Notes under the pieces: generated by a model
The model's input: the letters and a program-made list of their open reading frames with translations, nothing else
What the model was told of the DNA's origin: nothing
Database searches by the model: none
Assembly (NCBI GenBank): GCA_965242795.1
Contig: OZ251505.1
Span: 431,133 to 495,132, forward strand
Direction: 5' to 3'
Source of the DNA: an uncultured Candidatus Binatia bacterium
Lineage (GTDB): Bacteria > Desulfobacterota > Binatia > Bin18
Length of the DNA stretch: 64,000 nt
Program-made: the position numbers and the translations under genes
Shown: piece by piece, positions 30,447 through 40,442 of the stretch
How positions within the stretch are numbered: position 1 is the first letter of the stretch
How the letters are laid out: each line of letters starts with the position of its first letter

Positions 30447-31208
30447 GTGGGCAGTTTCGAATATGCGACCGTGCTGAGTACGCTGGACGAAAAGGGCGTG
30501 CGCACCATTAGGCTCAACCGGCCGGAGCGGCTCAACGCCATGAACCTCGACTTGATGCGCGACGTCGGCCGCGCCTTTGCCGACGCGCATGCCGACGCCG
30601 ACACGCGGGCGATCATCTTCACCGGCGCCGGCCGGGCCTTTTGCGCCGGGGACGACCGCCGCGATCACCGGCAGCCCGCGGACGCGACCGAGGCGCGCGC
30701 GTTCGTGGACACCATCCAGGACGCGACGCGGCAGATCGTGTTCGGCGATACGCCGGTGGTCGGGGCGATCAACGGCTGGGCGGTCGGCGGCGGGTTCGAG
30801 TTGGCGATCGACTGCGACTTTCCGATCTGGGCCGCGAGCGCCAAGGGCTTTTTTCCCGAAGTGTCGCTGAACGCGTTCGTGACCGGCGGCGTCACCTCGC
30901 TGCTGCCGGCGCTGGTGGGGCTGAACAAGGCGCGTGAAATGCTGTTCTTCGGCGAGCGGTACGAGGCGGCCACGCTGCTGGACCTCGGCGTGGCGTGGCG
31001 CGTCGTGCCCGACGAACGCCTGATGGAGGAAGCGCAGCGCGTGGCCGAGCGACTCGGCGGGCTGCCGCGGCTGGCGGCGCGGGCCATGAAGCGCGTGCTC
31101 AACCAGAGTGCCGCGGCAAACATCGACACCGCACTGCGGCTCGAAACGGATGCCACGGTCGCCGGCTTTCTCGACCCGGAGACGACCGCCCGGCTGCGGG
31201 ATTTCTGA
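30447..31208 (+). CDS. Enoyl-CoA hydratase/isomerase (crotonase) family protein
   Basis: IRLNRPERLNAM...AIIFTGAGRAFCAGDD...GAINGWAVGGGFELAIDCDF. Start is GTG at 30447 (AGGAGA RBS), with an alternative ATG at 30399. Confidence 0.85.
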   Translation: MGSFEYATVLSTLDEKGVRTIRLNRPERLNAMNLDLMRDVGRAFADAHADADTRAIIFTGAGRAFCAGDDRRDHRQPADATEARAFVDTIQDATRQIVFGDTPVVGAINGWAVGGGFELAIDCDFPIWAASAKGFFPEVSLNAFVTGGVTSLLPALVGLNKAREMLFFGERYEAATLLDLGVAWRVVPDERLMEEAQRVAERLGGLPRLAARAMKRVLNQSAAANIDTALRLETDATVAGFLDPETTARLRDF

Positions 31209-31431
31209 CCGGAGCCGACCGGAGACGAGAAGCCCGGGAACGCGACCGATTCAACGTCCACATCCCGGCGGACAAGTCTGGCCGCGGGCGGGGAACGGCG
31301 CTAGTATCCGCAGCGGGGATGAAGCGAACTCCTGACTCGACGGTCCCACCCGGTCGTCATTCCCGCGCAAAACGTCGGCACGTTCCGTTCACGCCGTTCG
31401 GACGAAGCGACTAGTTGAAAGGGGGGAAACC

Positions 31432-32628
31432 GTGAGCGCGCTCGATCATATCCGGGTCCTCGATCTGACCCAGTTCGAGGCCGGGCCGTCGTGTACCGAA
31501 ATCCTGGCCTTTCTGGGCGCCGACGTCGTGAAGGTCGAACCGCCCAAGGGCGGGGATCAAGGCCGCTATCTGATTACGGACGAGCCCGGCTTGGATTCGC
31601 CCTACTTTCTGCTGCTGAACGCCAGCAAGAAGAGCATCACCCTCAACCTGAAGCATGACGAAGGCTTACGACTATTCAAGCGCCTCGTCCCCCATTTCGA
31701 CGTGCTGGTCGAGAATTACGGGCCCGGCGCGATTGCCGCCCTGGGGCTGGGGTACGACGTGGTCTCCGCCATCAACCCGCGGTTGGTGTACGCCCAGGTG
31801 AAGGGCTTCGGCACGTACGGCCCGTACGCCGGCTTCAAGAGTTTCGACATGATCGCGCAGGCCACGGGCGGGGCGATGAGCGTGACCGGCACCCCGGACA
31901 CGCCGCCGCTGCGGCCCGGCCCGACCATCGGCGATACCGGAACCGGCATGCACTGCGCCGTGGGGATTCTGTCCGCGCTGCTCCAACGCGACAAGACGGG
32001 CAAGGGACAACGGGTCGAAGTCGCCATGCAAGACGCGGTCGTCAACCTGACCCGCATCGGCATGATGGGACACTACTACGGCAACGTCCCGGCGCCGCGC
32101 TCGGGCAACCGGCTGGCCGCGCTGGCACCGACCGATCTCTACCCCTGCGCCCCCGGCGGCCCGAATGACTACGCCTACATCATCAACACCACCCCGGCGA
32201 TGTGGGAAGCGACACTCGAAACCGTCGGACGCGCCGACCTGCTGGACGACCCGCGCTTCTGCGATCAAAAAAGCCGCAACCGGCACTTCGACGAGGTGTT
32301 CGAGACGATCGCGGCGTGGACCCGGCAGCGCGACAAGTTCGCGGTCATGCGCGCCTTCGGCGAGGCCGGGGTGCCGTGCGGCGCGGTGCTGGACAGCGGC
32401 GACGTTCTGGCGAACGAACACCTCAAAGAGCGCGGCATGATTACCACGGTCGCACACCCGACGCGCGGCAGCTTCACCATGCCGGGCTGCGCGGTGCAGA
32501 TGTCCGATTCCCCCGCGGAGGTGCGCCCGGCGCCGCTGTTGGGCGCACACAACGCCGCGATCTTCGGGACGCTGCTGGGGCTCACCGAACGCGATCTGGC
32601 CGGCCTGAAGGACGACGGCGTCATCTGA
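31432..32628 (+). CDS. CoA-transferase family III (CaiB/BaiF-like) protein
   Basis: LDHIRVLDLTQFEAGPSCTEILAFLGADVVKVEPP...LNASKKSITLNLK. Confidence 0.85.
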   Translation: MSALDHIRVLDLTQFEAGPSCTEILAFLGADVVKVEPPKGGDQGRYLITDEPGLDSPYFLLLNASKKSITLNLKHDEGLRLFKRLVPHFDVLVENYGPGAIAALGLGYDVVSAINPRLVYAQVKGFGTYGPYAGFKSFDMIAQATGGAMSVTGTPDTPPLRPGPTIGDTGTGMHCAVGILSALLQRDKTGKGQRVEVAMQDAVVNLTRIGMMGHYYGNVPAPRSGNRLAALAPTDLYPCAPGGPNDYAYIINTTPAMWEATLETVGRADLLDDPRFCDQKSRNRHFDEVFETIAAWTRQRDKFAVMRAFGEAGVPCGAVLDSGDVLANEHLKERGMITTVAHPTRGSFTMPGCAVQMSDSPAEVRPAPLLGAHNAAIFGTLLGLTERDLAGLKDDGVI

Positions 32629-32708
32629 CCCGCGGTCCCCGGTTCGCTTCCCCCCGCACTGGACGGGGAGCGTCCCCTGCCCGGCCGGATTGCTTTTCGT
32701 TTCTTCTT

Positions 32709-32861
32709 TAGGAGGGGCGACGCATGCGTCGCCCCTACGAAGGGGGGCAGACGCCCGAGGGGAGGATGACGTTGCGTAGAGGGGCAGGCGAAAGATTGTT
32801 CGCTCCGACCGCCAGAGAGACATCTTTGCTCCGTAGGGGCGACCGGCCGGTCGCCCCTACG
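32709..32861. repeat. Cluster of three family-B hairpins: GGGGCGACGCATGCGTCGCCCC, GTAGAGGGGCAGGCGAAAGATTGTTCGCTCC (degenerate), GTAGGGGCGACCGGCCGGTCGCCCCTAC
   Basis: Perfect 10-11 bp palindromic stems with the loop sequence swapped between copies. BIME-like tandem arrangement in the 460-bp gap between co-directional genes. Confidence 0.65.
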
Positions 32862-33089
32862 CCGGCGGGTCATACGCGGGCCGGGCCGGTTACCAGCCCA
32901 GGTGGCCGTGGAGGGCGACTTGGTGTGCGCCGCCGCCCTGCGTGGTGCGTTCGCCCTCCACGCTCAGGTCGATCCAGACGCCAACGCCCGTCCGCGTGTC
33001 GTCCGGTTCGGCCCACGGACGCCGACCGCGGGGACACTTGCGACCGATATGCAAAGCTGACACAAAAACCGCGCAACAGGAGGACGGAC

Positions 33090-35237
33090 ATGCAAGAGGT
33101 CACCCGGGAGATTCTGTGGAACATCTCGCTGGCGGGCAAGGTCGTCATGTACCTGCTCCTGCTCACGACGTTCTTCGGCGCGCCGCTGGTCCTGGCTTAC
33201 ACGTGGTGGAACCGGGTCCGGTTCGGCACGGCGGCCAATCGCATCGACGACATCCCGGAACGGACCAAGCGGTTTCTTCTGGAAGCCTTCGGGCAGGGCA
33301 ACGTCGTGCGCGAGCAGCCCGGCGGCTTGTACCATCTGACCCTGTTCGTCGCGTTCTTCGGGCTGTTCGTCGGGACCGGCTTGGTCACGCTCGAACACGA
33401 TACGCCCCTGAACTTCTACTTCGGCGCGTTCTACAAGGTCTATAAGTTCGTGCTGGACACCTGTGGGGTGCTGCTGATCGCCGCCTGCGGCCTGTTTCTG
33501 TACCGCCGCTACGTGCAGCGGCCGGCCGCGCACGCCGGCCCCGCCCCGGAAGACATGGTGGACAACTTCGAGAATCGCGTGGGCTACGGCCTGCCGCTCG
33601 CCCTGATCCTGTTGATCGCCCTGACCGGCCTGATGCTCGAGGGTGTCCGCATTCACACCAACCCGGCCAGCCATCCGGGCTGGGCCTACGCCGGCATGGC
33701 GTTCGCCGCCGTCTTCGCCCTGGCCGACGCCGGGCCGTACACCCATCAGGTCGTGTGGTGGATCCACACCCTCATCATCAGCACGTTCTTCGGCCTGATC
33801 CCGTTCACCAAGATGCGGCACATGTTTCTGGCACCGGTCAACATCTTCTTCGGCAATCTGCGCCCGCGCGGCCGGCTCGAGCCCATTACGGACTTCGAGA
33901 CCGCGGAGACCTTCGGCGTTTCGCAGGTCGAGGAGTACAACTGGAAGCAACTGCTGGACATGGCGTCGTGCCTGGAATGCGGACGGTGCACGCTCAACTG
34001 TCCGACGGTGAATACGGACAAACCGCTCAACCCCAAGAAACTGGTGATGGTGCAGCGCGAGCATCTGATCCAGAAGACGCCGTTTCTGGTGCGGCACGCC
34101 GCGGTCAAGGCCGCGAACGCCAAACAGGCCGCCCACACCGAACTGCCGGTCTGGGAGGGCAAGGACATGATTACCGAGGTGGCGACCGAAGACGTCATCT
34201 GGGGCTGCACCACGTGCGGCTGGTGCGAGGAGGGCTGCCCGGTCGACATCGAGCACATTCAGCGCATCGTGGACATGCGGCGCTACGACGTGATGATGGA
34301 AGCCCGCTTCCCGCAGGAAGTCGTCAACGTATTCAAAGGCTTGGAGACGAACTCCAACCCCTGGAACCTGGGCTTCGACAAACGCGCCGATTGGGCGGCC
34401 GGCCTGGGCGTCAAGACCTTGGCCGAAGACCCGGACGCCGAGGTGCTGTACTGGGTCGGCTGCGCTGGCTCGTTCGACGAGCGCAACCAGAAGGTCTCCA
34501 CCGCGATGGTCAACGTCCTGCAGAAAGCCGGCGTGCGGTTCGCCATTCTCGGCAAGGAGGAAGGTTGTACCGGCGACCCGGCGCGGCGCCTGGGCAACGA
34601 GTATCTGTACAGCACGCTCGCCGAGCAGAACGTGGACACGCTGAACCGCTACAAGGTGAAGGAGGTCGTGACGCAGTGCCCGCACTGCTTCCACACCCTG
34701 GCCAACGAATACCCGGACCTGGGCGGCAACTACACCGTGTACCACAGCACCGAGTACATCGAGCAACTCGTCAAGCGCGACAAACTGAGCCCGGAAGTGA
34801 TGGACTCACAGAACGTGACCTTCCACGATCCCTGCTATCTCAGCCGTCACAACGGGCGGTACGCACCCCCGCGCGAGGCGCTGCGCGCGATTCCGGGCAT
34901 CAAGCTCAACGACGTCGCGCAGTCCAAGACGCGCACCTTCTGCTGCGGTGCGGGCGGCGGCTCGGTCTGGAAGGAAGAGACGCAAGGAGCGCGCATCAAC
35001 GTCACGCGGCTCGACCAGTTGATGCAGGCCGAGCCTGACACCATCGCGGTCGGCTGCCCGTACTGCATGATCATGATGGACGACGCGGTGAAGGGAAAAG
35101 ATCTCGACGAGACGGTCGCGGTGAAGGACGTGGTCGAACTGGTGTCCGACTCGCTCGACGCCGCGCAAGAAGCCGCGGGAGCAAGCGGAAAGAGCGGCGA
35201 TTCGGCACGCAGAGAGACACAAGAACCTGCGGCATGA
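33090..35237 (+). CDS. Membrane-anchored Fe-S oxidoreductase: NarI/HdrE-like N-terminal membrane domain fused to 4Fe-4S ferredoxin and two CCG cysteine-rich domains (HdrD/DsrK/GlpC-like)
   Basis: N-terminal TM helices; CLECGRCTLNCP and CTTCGWCEEGCP ferredoxin motifs; CCG-type motifs (YWVGCAGSFD...CTG, DPCYLSRHNG...FCCGAGGG, VGCPYC). CAGGAGG RBS. Confidence 0.75.
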   Translation: MQEVTREILWNISLAGKVVMYLLLLTTFFGAPLVLAYTWWNRVRFGTAANRIDDIPERTKRFLLEAFGQGNVVREQPGGLYHLTLFVAFFGLFVGTGLVTLEHDTPLNFYFGAFYKVYKFVLDTCGVLLIAACGLFLYRRYVQRPAAHAGPAPEDMVDNFENRVGYGLPLALILLIALTGLMLEGVRIHTNPASHPGWAYAGMAFAAVFALADAGPYTHQVVWWIHTLIISTFFGLIPFTKMRHMFLAPVNIFFGNLRPRGRLEPITDFETAETFGVSQVEEYNWKQLLDMASCLECGRCTLNCPTVNTDKPLNPKKLVMVQREHLIQKTPFLVRHAAVKAANAKQAAHTELPVWEGKDMITEVATEDVIWGCTTCGWCEEGCPVDIEHIQRIVDMRRYDVMMEARFPQEVVNVFKGLETNSNPWNLGFDKRADWAAGLGVKTLAEDPDAEVLYWVGCAGSFDERNQKVSTAMVNVLQKAGVRFAILGKEEGCTGDPARRLGNEYLYSTLAEQNVDTLNRYKVKEVVTQCPHCFHTLANEYPDLGGNYTVYHSTEYIEQLVKRDKLSPEVMDSQNVTFHDPCYLSRHNGRYAPPREALRAIPGIKLNDVAQSKTRTFCCGAGGGSVWKEETQGARINVTRLDQLMQAEPDTIAVGCPYCMIMMDDAVKGKDLDETVAVKDVVELVSDSLDAAQEAAGASGKSGDSARRETQEPAA

Positions 35238-35332
35238 GCCTCCCGTTCTCCGCAACCGCTTTTTTTGGAGATTCCAGACGGGACGATCCTGCGGTCAGGC
35301 TCTCTTCGTCATACTTGCGGAAGCAAGTACCC

Positions 35333-35848
35333 ATGTCCCGGATTCCCGCTTCCGCAGGTATGCCGACGGGGCGGGCGGGAGCGACGACCGGATCGGATCA
35401 TCAAGTATGTCATCCCCTTTTTTTCTTCCTGTTCGTCGTCCTTTCCGCGTGCGCCCCGGATTCCCCCGCGGTCGTCATCCATCCCGAAAACGGTGCGCCG
35501 GTGACGGTGCGGGTCGAAGTGGCCGACACCGACGAGACCCGGCAGCTCGGGCTGATGTACCGCAACGAACTCCCGGCGTCCGCCGGGATGCTGTTCGTGT
35601 TTCCCGGCGAGCGTCCGCGCAGCTTCTGGATGAAGAACACGCCGCTGCCGCTCGACATCCTCTACATCGGCGCCGACCTGCGCATCGTCTATATCGCCGC
35701 GCGGACGACGCCCTACTCCACCGCGCCGCTGCCCTCCCTCCGACCGGCCAAATTCGTACTCGAAGTGAACGCCGGCTTCTGCGATGAATGGGAAATCCGG
35801 GTCGGCGACCGGGTCGCATTGCGCGGCGTGACGTCGCCCCTGCTGTAA
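35333..35848 (+). CDS. DUF192 (COG1430)-like protein, probable lipoprotein
   Basis: LFFFLFVVLSACAP lipobox-like signal, then the characteristic MLFVFPGERPRSFWMKNTPLPLDILYIGADLRIVYI block. Start is ambiguous (35333 or 35360). Confidence 0.55.
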   Translation: MSRIPASAGMPTGRAGATTGSDHQVCHPLFFFLFVVLSACAPDSPAVVIHPENGAPVTVRVEVADTDETRQLGLMYRNELPASAGMLFVFPGERPRSFWMKNTPLPLDILYIGADLRIVYIAARTTPYSTAPLPSLRPAKFVLEVNAGFCDEWEIRVGDRVALRGVTSPLL

Positions 35849-35899
35849 CCGGGGGCTCGGAGTCCGCAGGGCGGCGATTCGGAACGGGACGGACTCTCT

Positions 35900-36442
35900 A
35901 TGCCCACCGCGTGGATCCCGCTCCTCGTCATCTTCGCAGTCCTGACGACGGGGGTTGAGCGCGGGCCGGGGCGCATTCCGTTTCCGCGGAACGTGCAGCC
36001 CGCGCCCGGCGAACAGGAACCGCCTTCGTCCGTGCGGCCCCATCCCGACCTGTCGCCCGCGGCCGTCGTGCGGATTCAGGTCGCGGCGCTGGGCAAGAAC
36101 GACGCGCCGCACATCGACGCGGGCATCGAAACGGCCTTTCGGTTCGCCTCGCCCGGGAACAAACGGTCGACCGGCCCGCTGGCGCGGTTTCGGCTGATTG
36201 CCCGCTCCCCGACCTACCGGCCGCTGCTCGATCACGTGCGCGCCGACTACGGCGGCTTGCGCGAACGCGGAGACGAAGCCGCGCTCCCCGTCATCGTGAC
36301 GACCCCGGCGGGCCGACGTGTCGGCTATACCTTCTTTCTGTCGAAGCAGACCCGCCAACCCTTCCAGGGCTGCTGGATGACCGACGGAGTCATCCGCTTC
36401 CAGGTTCCGCAAAAACGGTTGCCGCCGCCGCAAACCATCTGA
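35900..36442 (+). CDS. Hypothetical secreted/membrane-anchored protein (DUF4864-like?)
   Basis: N-terminal TM/signal WIPLLVIFAVLTTGV and C-terminal GYTFFLSKQTRQPFQGCWMTDGV. The family name is a guess. Confidence 0.4.
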   Translation: MPTAWIPLLVIFAVLTTGVERGPGRIPFPRNVQPAPGEQEPPSSVRPHPDLSPAAVVRIQVAALGKNDAPHIDAGIETAFRFASPGNKRSTGPLARFRLIARSPTYRPLLDHVRADYGGLRERGDEAALPVIVTTPAGRRVGYTFFLSKQTRQPFQGCWMTDGVIRFQVPQKRLPPPQTI

Positions 36443-36678
36443 CGGCGCGCACGGACTCCGCCGGATTTCTTGCATGCGCGAGAGCGGAGACATCCATGAA
36501 TGCAGACTTTCTGCCGACGCAGCGGAGACCGGCAGGGTTTCGGACGACCACGTTCCGGGCAGGGCTGGTAAAGTTCACCCGTTTTCGGTAAGGAAACGAA
36601 AATTCCGCTTTCCCCGGAGACGCCGCGCGCCCGGTTCGCCCCGAACGATCGAGCAACGCACAAGAGGTACGGCACCGC

Positions 36679-37494
36679 ATGATCCATACTGCATACGTCG
36701 CATGGCTGCTCGTCGGGATGGTCGTGGGCGTCTGGCCGGCCGACGCAGCCGCCCAAGCGCTGGACGCGACCCTCGAAACGCAAACCGAAACCGTCCAGGC
36801 TGCGATCCGCTCGCAGGACAAGATCGACCAGCTTGCGGACGAAACGCAGCAGGCGCTCGGCGAGTATCAGAGCGCGCTACGGCAGACGAAGAGCCTGGGC
36901 GTGTACAACGCGCAGCTCGACCGCCTGCTCGCTTCCCAACAGCGGGAAATCGAGTCGCTGGGAACCCAGATGCAGGAGATCGAGGTGACCCAGCGCGAGA
37001 TCGTGCCCCTGCTCGTCCGCATGTTCGAACGTCTCGATCAGTTCGTCGCCCTGGACGTGCCGTTCCTGCCCGAGGAACGGCAGACGCGGCTGACCCGGCT
37101 CCAGGGCCGACTCGACGAAGCCGACGCCACGGTGGCCGAGAAATATCGAGCGGTCATGGAAGCCTACCAGATCGAGGCCAACTACGGACGCACGATCGAG
37201 GCGTACCGCGGCACCATCACCGTGAACGACGAGGAGCAGACGGTCGACCTGTTGCGGATCGGCCGACTGGCCCTGGTGTACCGGAGTCTGGACGGAGAGC
37301 ACGTCGGGCAGTGGAATCACGCGATCCGCCGGTGGGAACCCGTCTCCGGCCAGTATCTGCGCGCCATCGACCGCGGGTTGGAAGTCGCGGAAAAACGCGC
37401 CGTGCCGCAGTTGCTCGAACTCCCGATTCCCGCGCCGAACGTCGCCGCGCCGGCCCGGGAACCGACCGAAGCCGAAGAAGAGGTGCTGCCGTGA
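36679..37494 (+). CDS. DUF3450 family protein (TtpB-like first gene of TonB2-type clusters)
   Basis: Signal peptide, then a long coiled-coil. It sits immediately upstream of the large MotA/TolQ/ExbB-family gene. Confidence 0.6.
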   Translation: MIHTAYVAWLLVGMVVGVWPADAAAQALDATLETQTETVQAAIRSQDKIDQLADETQQALGEYQSALRQTKSLGVYNAQLDRLLASQQREIESLGTQMQEIEVTQREIVPLLVRMFERLDQFVALDVPFLPEERQTRLTRLQGRLDEADATVAEKYRAVMEAYQIEANYGRTIEAYRGTITVNDEEQTVDLLRIGRLALVYRSLDGEHVGQWNHAIRRWEPVSGQYLRAIDRGLEVAEKRAVPQLLELPIPAPNVAAPAREPTEAEEEVLP

Positions 37495-38858
37495 AGTTCA
37501 TGCACTGGGTTGTCGTCTGGCTGCTGTGTGTGGCCGCACCGTCCGCGTTCGCACAGGACGGCGCACCTGCGTCCCTCCAGGATCTGCTGGAACGGGTCCG
37601 GGCCGAACGGGAGGCCGACGCCGAGCTGAACCGCGAACGCGAAGCACGCTTTCTGGCCGAGCGTGACGAACGCCAGAACCTGCTCCGGCAGGCCCGCCAG
37701 GACCTCGCCGACGTCAAACGCGCGAGTGATCGGAAGCGCGCCGCGTTCGAGCAGAACCAAACCGAACTGGAAACGCTGCGCGCCCAACTCGACGACCGGG
37801 CCGCCTCGCTGGGTGAACTGTTCGGCGTCGTCCGGCAGGTCGCCCGGGATACCGCGGGCGTCGTCGAGGGCTCGTTCATCTCCGCCCAGTACCCCGGCCG
37901 CACCGCCTTTCTCTCCGAATTGAGCGAAAGTACGGCGCTCGCTTCGTCCGAGGAGCTCGAACGGCTGTGGCTCATCCTGTTGGAGGAGATGATCCAGTCC
38001 GGACAGGTCGTCAAATTTCCGGCGACCGTCCTGGACCCCCAAGGCGCCGAATCCCAACGCGACGTCGTGCGGGTCGGCGTCTTCAACGCCGTTTCGCAGG
38101 GTCAATATCTCCGCTATCTGCCCGAGACCGGCCAGCTGGCCGAGTTGCCGCGCCAGCCCGAGCGGAGCTTTCGGAGCGGCGCCGAGGACCTGGAAGCGTT
38201 GGACGAGGGGTACGCCGCGTTCGGCGTCGATCCGTCGCGGGGCGCGATTCTCGCCGCGCTCGTACAGGCGCCCGACGTGTGGGAACGCATCCAACAGGGC
38301 GGAGTCGTCGGCTATGTCATTCTCGGAGTCGGCCTGCTGGCCCTGGGGCTGTCGGTGGAGCGGGGGTTCTATCTGTGGCGCGAGGGGCAACGCATGGAAG
38401 CGCAACGCGGCTCGGGGACGCTGAAATCCGACAACGCGTTGGGGCGGGTGATGATGGCGTACGACCGGGAGTCGGTGCTCGAGATCGAGACCCTGGAAGC
38501 CCGCCTGGACGAGGCCATCATCGAACAGACGCCGCGCCTCGAACGCGGCCTCTCGACGCTCGGCATCCTCGCCGCCATGGCCCCGCTGCTGGGGCTGCTC
38601 GGCACGGTGATCGGCATGATTCAGACGTTCCAGTCCATCACCCTGTTCGGCGCGGGCGACCCCCGCATCATGTCGGACGGCATTTCCCAGGCGCTGGTGA
38701 CGACCCAGCTCGGGCTGATCGTCGCCATTCCGATCATTCTCCTCCACACCCTGTTGTCCAACCGCAGCAACCGGCTGCTGCACGTACTGGAAGAGCAGAG
38801 CGCCGGCATGATCTCCATGATGGCGGACCGGAAAGAGATGGAGAAGATCAGTGTCTAG
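37491..38858 (+). CDS. Large MotA/TolQ/ExbB-family proton-channel protein with N-terminal periplasmic domain (TtpC-like)
   Basis: C-terminal LGILAAMAPLLGLLGTVIGMIQTF...ISQALVTTQLGLIVAIPIIL is the MotA_ExbB core. The GTG start overlaps the previous stop (GTGA). Confidence 0.75.
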   Translation: MKFMHWVVVWLLCVAAPSAFAQDGAPASLQDLLERVRAEREADAELNREREARFLAERDERQNLLRQARQDLADVKRASDRKRAAFEQNQTELETLRAQLDDRAASLGELFGVVRQVARDTAGVVEGSFISAQYPGRTAFLSELSESTALASSEELERLWLILLEEMIQSGQVVKFPATVLDPQGAESQRDVVRVGVFNAVSQGQYLRYLPETGQLAELPRQPERSFRSGAEDLEALDEGYAAFGVDPSRGAILAALVQAPDVWERIQQGGVVGYVILGVGLLALGLSVERGFYLWREGQRMEAQRGSGTLKSDNALGRVMMAYDRESVLEIETLEARLDEAIIEQTPRLERGLSTLGILAAMAPLLGLLGTVIGMIQTFQSITLFGAGDPRIMSDGISQALVTTQLGLIVAIPIILLHTLLSNRSNRLLHVLEEQSAGMISMMADRKEMEKISV

Positions 38859-39366
38859 CCTGTTTCTCCATTTGCAGCAGTTCATGGCGACCGGCGGACC
38901 GGCGCTGTGGGCGATTCTCGCGGTCGCCGCGGCGTTGTGGGCGCTGGCGATCGAGCGATACCTGTACTTTCGGACGCGGCATGCCGCGGTGGAAAACGAA
39001 TCGGTGGCGCGCTGGAAGGCGCGCGAAGACCGGACGTCCTGGTACGCCAAACAGATCCGCCGCATGGAGATCGCCCAGATGTCCGACCGGGCCCGCCGCA
39101 CCCTCCCCTTGATCCGCACGCTGACCGTGCTCCTGCCCATCCTGGGGCTGTTGGGCACCGTCAACGGGATGATCTTCACGTTCACGGTCATGGAGGTGTA
39201 CGGCACCGGCAACGCCAACGGCATGGCGGGCGGGATCTCCGGGGCGTTGGTCACGACGATGGCGGGCTTGGTGTGCGCCCTGCCCGGCCTCTACTTCGGT
39301 TTTTATCTCGACTATCGGGCCGAAGAGGCGGTGCGGAGACTGACCCTGCGCCTGCAGGTCGAGTAG
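38851..39366 (+). CDS. MotA/TolQ/ExbB proton-channel family protein (ExbB)
   Basis: LPLIRTLTVLLPILGLLGTVNGMIFTF...ISGALVTTMAGLVCALPGL. The start overlaps the upstream gene by 8 nt. Confidence 0.75.
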   Translation: MSSLFLHLQQFMATGGPALWAILAVAAALWALAIERYLYFRTRHAAVENESVARWKAREDRTSWYAKQIRRMEIAQMSDRARRTLPLIRTLTVLLPILGLLGTVNGMIFTFTVMEVYGTGNANGMAGGISGALVTTMAGLVCALPGLYFGFYLDYRAEEAVRRLTLRLQVE

Positions 39367-39387
39367 GATGGGAAGGATGCTGCCGTC

Positions 39388-39795
39388 ATGAGACGCCGTC
39401 ACCGGGCCAGGGCCCAAGCGGACCAGGAGATCAATCTCACTCCGATGATCGACATGGTCTTCATCCTGCTGATCTTCTTTCTCGTCGCGTCCTCCTTCGT
39501 CAAGGAAGCCGGCATCGAAGTGACCCGGCCCGTCGCGCAGACCGCAGAGATTCAGGGCCGCGGCACGATCCGCATCGCCCTGTCGGAGAACGGCGAAGTG
39601 TGGATGGACCGCCGGCCGGTGGACGTGCGCGCGGTGCGGGCCAACGTGGAGCGCATGCTGGCCGAGAGCCCGGAGGCGAGCGTGGTCGTGCTGTCCGACG
39701 CCGCGGCGCAGACCGGCCTGCTGATCCAGGTCATGGACCAGGTCCGGCTGGCCGGGGTGGACGACATCGCCGTGGCCGCGCGACAGGATAGGTAG
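39388..39795 (+). CDS. exbD: Biopolymer transport protein ExbD/TolR
   Basis: INLTPMIDMVFILLIFFLVASSF is the canonical ExbD N-terminus. Confidence 0.85.
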   Translation: MRRRHRARAQADQEINLTPMIDMVFILLIFFLVASSFVKEAGIEVTRPVAQTAEIQGRGTIRIALSENGEVWMDRRPVDVRAVRANVERMLAESPEASVVVLSDAAAQTGLLIQVMDQVRLAGVDDIAVAARQDR

Positions 39796-39797
39796 CC

Positions 39798-40442
39798 ATG
39801 CTCCGGCGCAGTGCTGCGTCGACCGCGGCGGGTCTGATCATCGTCGTGGCGATCTTCATGGCCATGCAGGCCGTGATCGCCCGTTCGCAAGGCGGCGGCC
39901 TGCGGCGCGACACCTATACGATCGTCGATTTCGTCCGGCTCGCGCGGGAAGAAGCGCCGCCCGACCAGACGCGCCGCGAGCCGCCGAAAGAACCCGACCC
40001 GCCCGAAGTACCGCCCACGCCGGACGTCGCCCTCCCCACGACGTCGGCGCCCCAGGTCTCCGCGCCGCGCATCGAGACCGCGTCGGCGATTGCGCCCGGA
40101 CAACTGCTCGACATGCAGCCCCTCGCCGCCGCAGGACCGGGAACCGGCCAACAGACCATCCTGATGGGCCACGAGTTGATTCCGCTGGTGCGTGTGCCGC
40201 CCCGCTATCCGACGCGTGCGGTCCGCTTGCAGATCGAAGGCTTCGTCACGCTCGAATTCACCATCAATCCGGACGGCAGCGTCAGCGAGCCCGAAGTCGT
40301 CGAAGCGTCGCCGGCCAAGATTTTCGACAAGGCCGCGCTGCAGGCCATCGCGCAATGGAAATTCAAGCCCCGCGAGGAGAACGGCAAAGCCGTGGCCTCG
40401 CGGGCGCTGCAACGCATCGAATTCACGCTGGGAGACGGCTAG
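39798..40442 (+). CDS. tonB: Energy transducer TonB (N-terminal TM, Pro-rich spacer, TonB_C domain)
   Basis: TM AAGLIIVVAIFMAMQAV, spacer EPPKEPDPPEVPPTPDV, C-terminal PRYPTRAVRLQIEGFVTLEFTINPDGSV. Confidence 0.7.
   Translation: MLRRSAASTAAGLIIVVAIFMAMQAVIARSQGGGLRRDTYTIVDFVRLAREEAPPDQTRREPPKEPDPPEVPPTPDVALPTTSAPQVSAPRIETASAIAPGQLLDMQPLAAAGPGTGQQTILMGHELIPLVRVPPRYPTRAVRLQIEGFVTLEFTINPDGSVSEPEVVEASPAKIFDKAALQAIAQWKFKPREENGKAVASRALQRIEFTLGDG

Noticed and set aside
37317-39254. 645-aa antisense ORF across the ExbB-like genes
   Set aside because: The plus strand carries conserved MotA/ExbB/ExbD motifs. The antisense product is compositionally artefactual.
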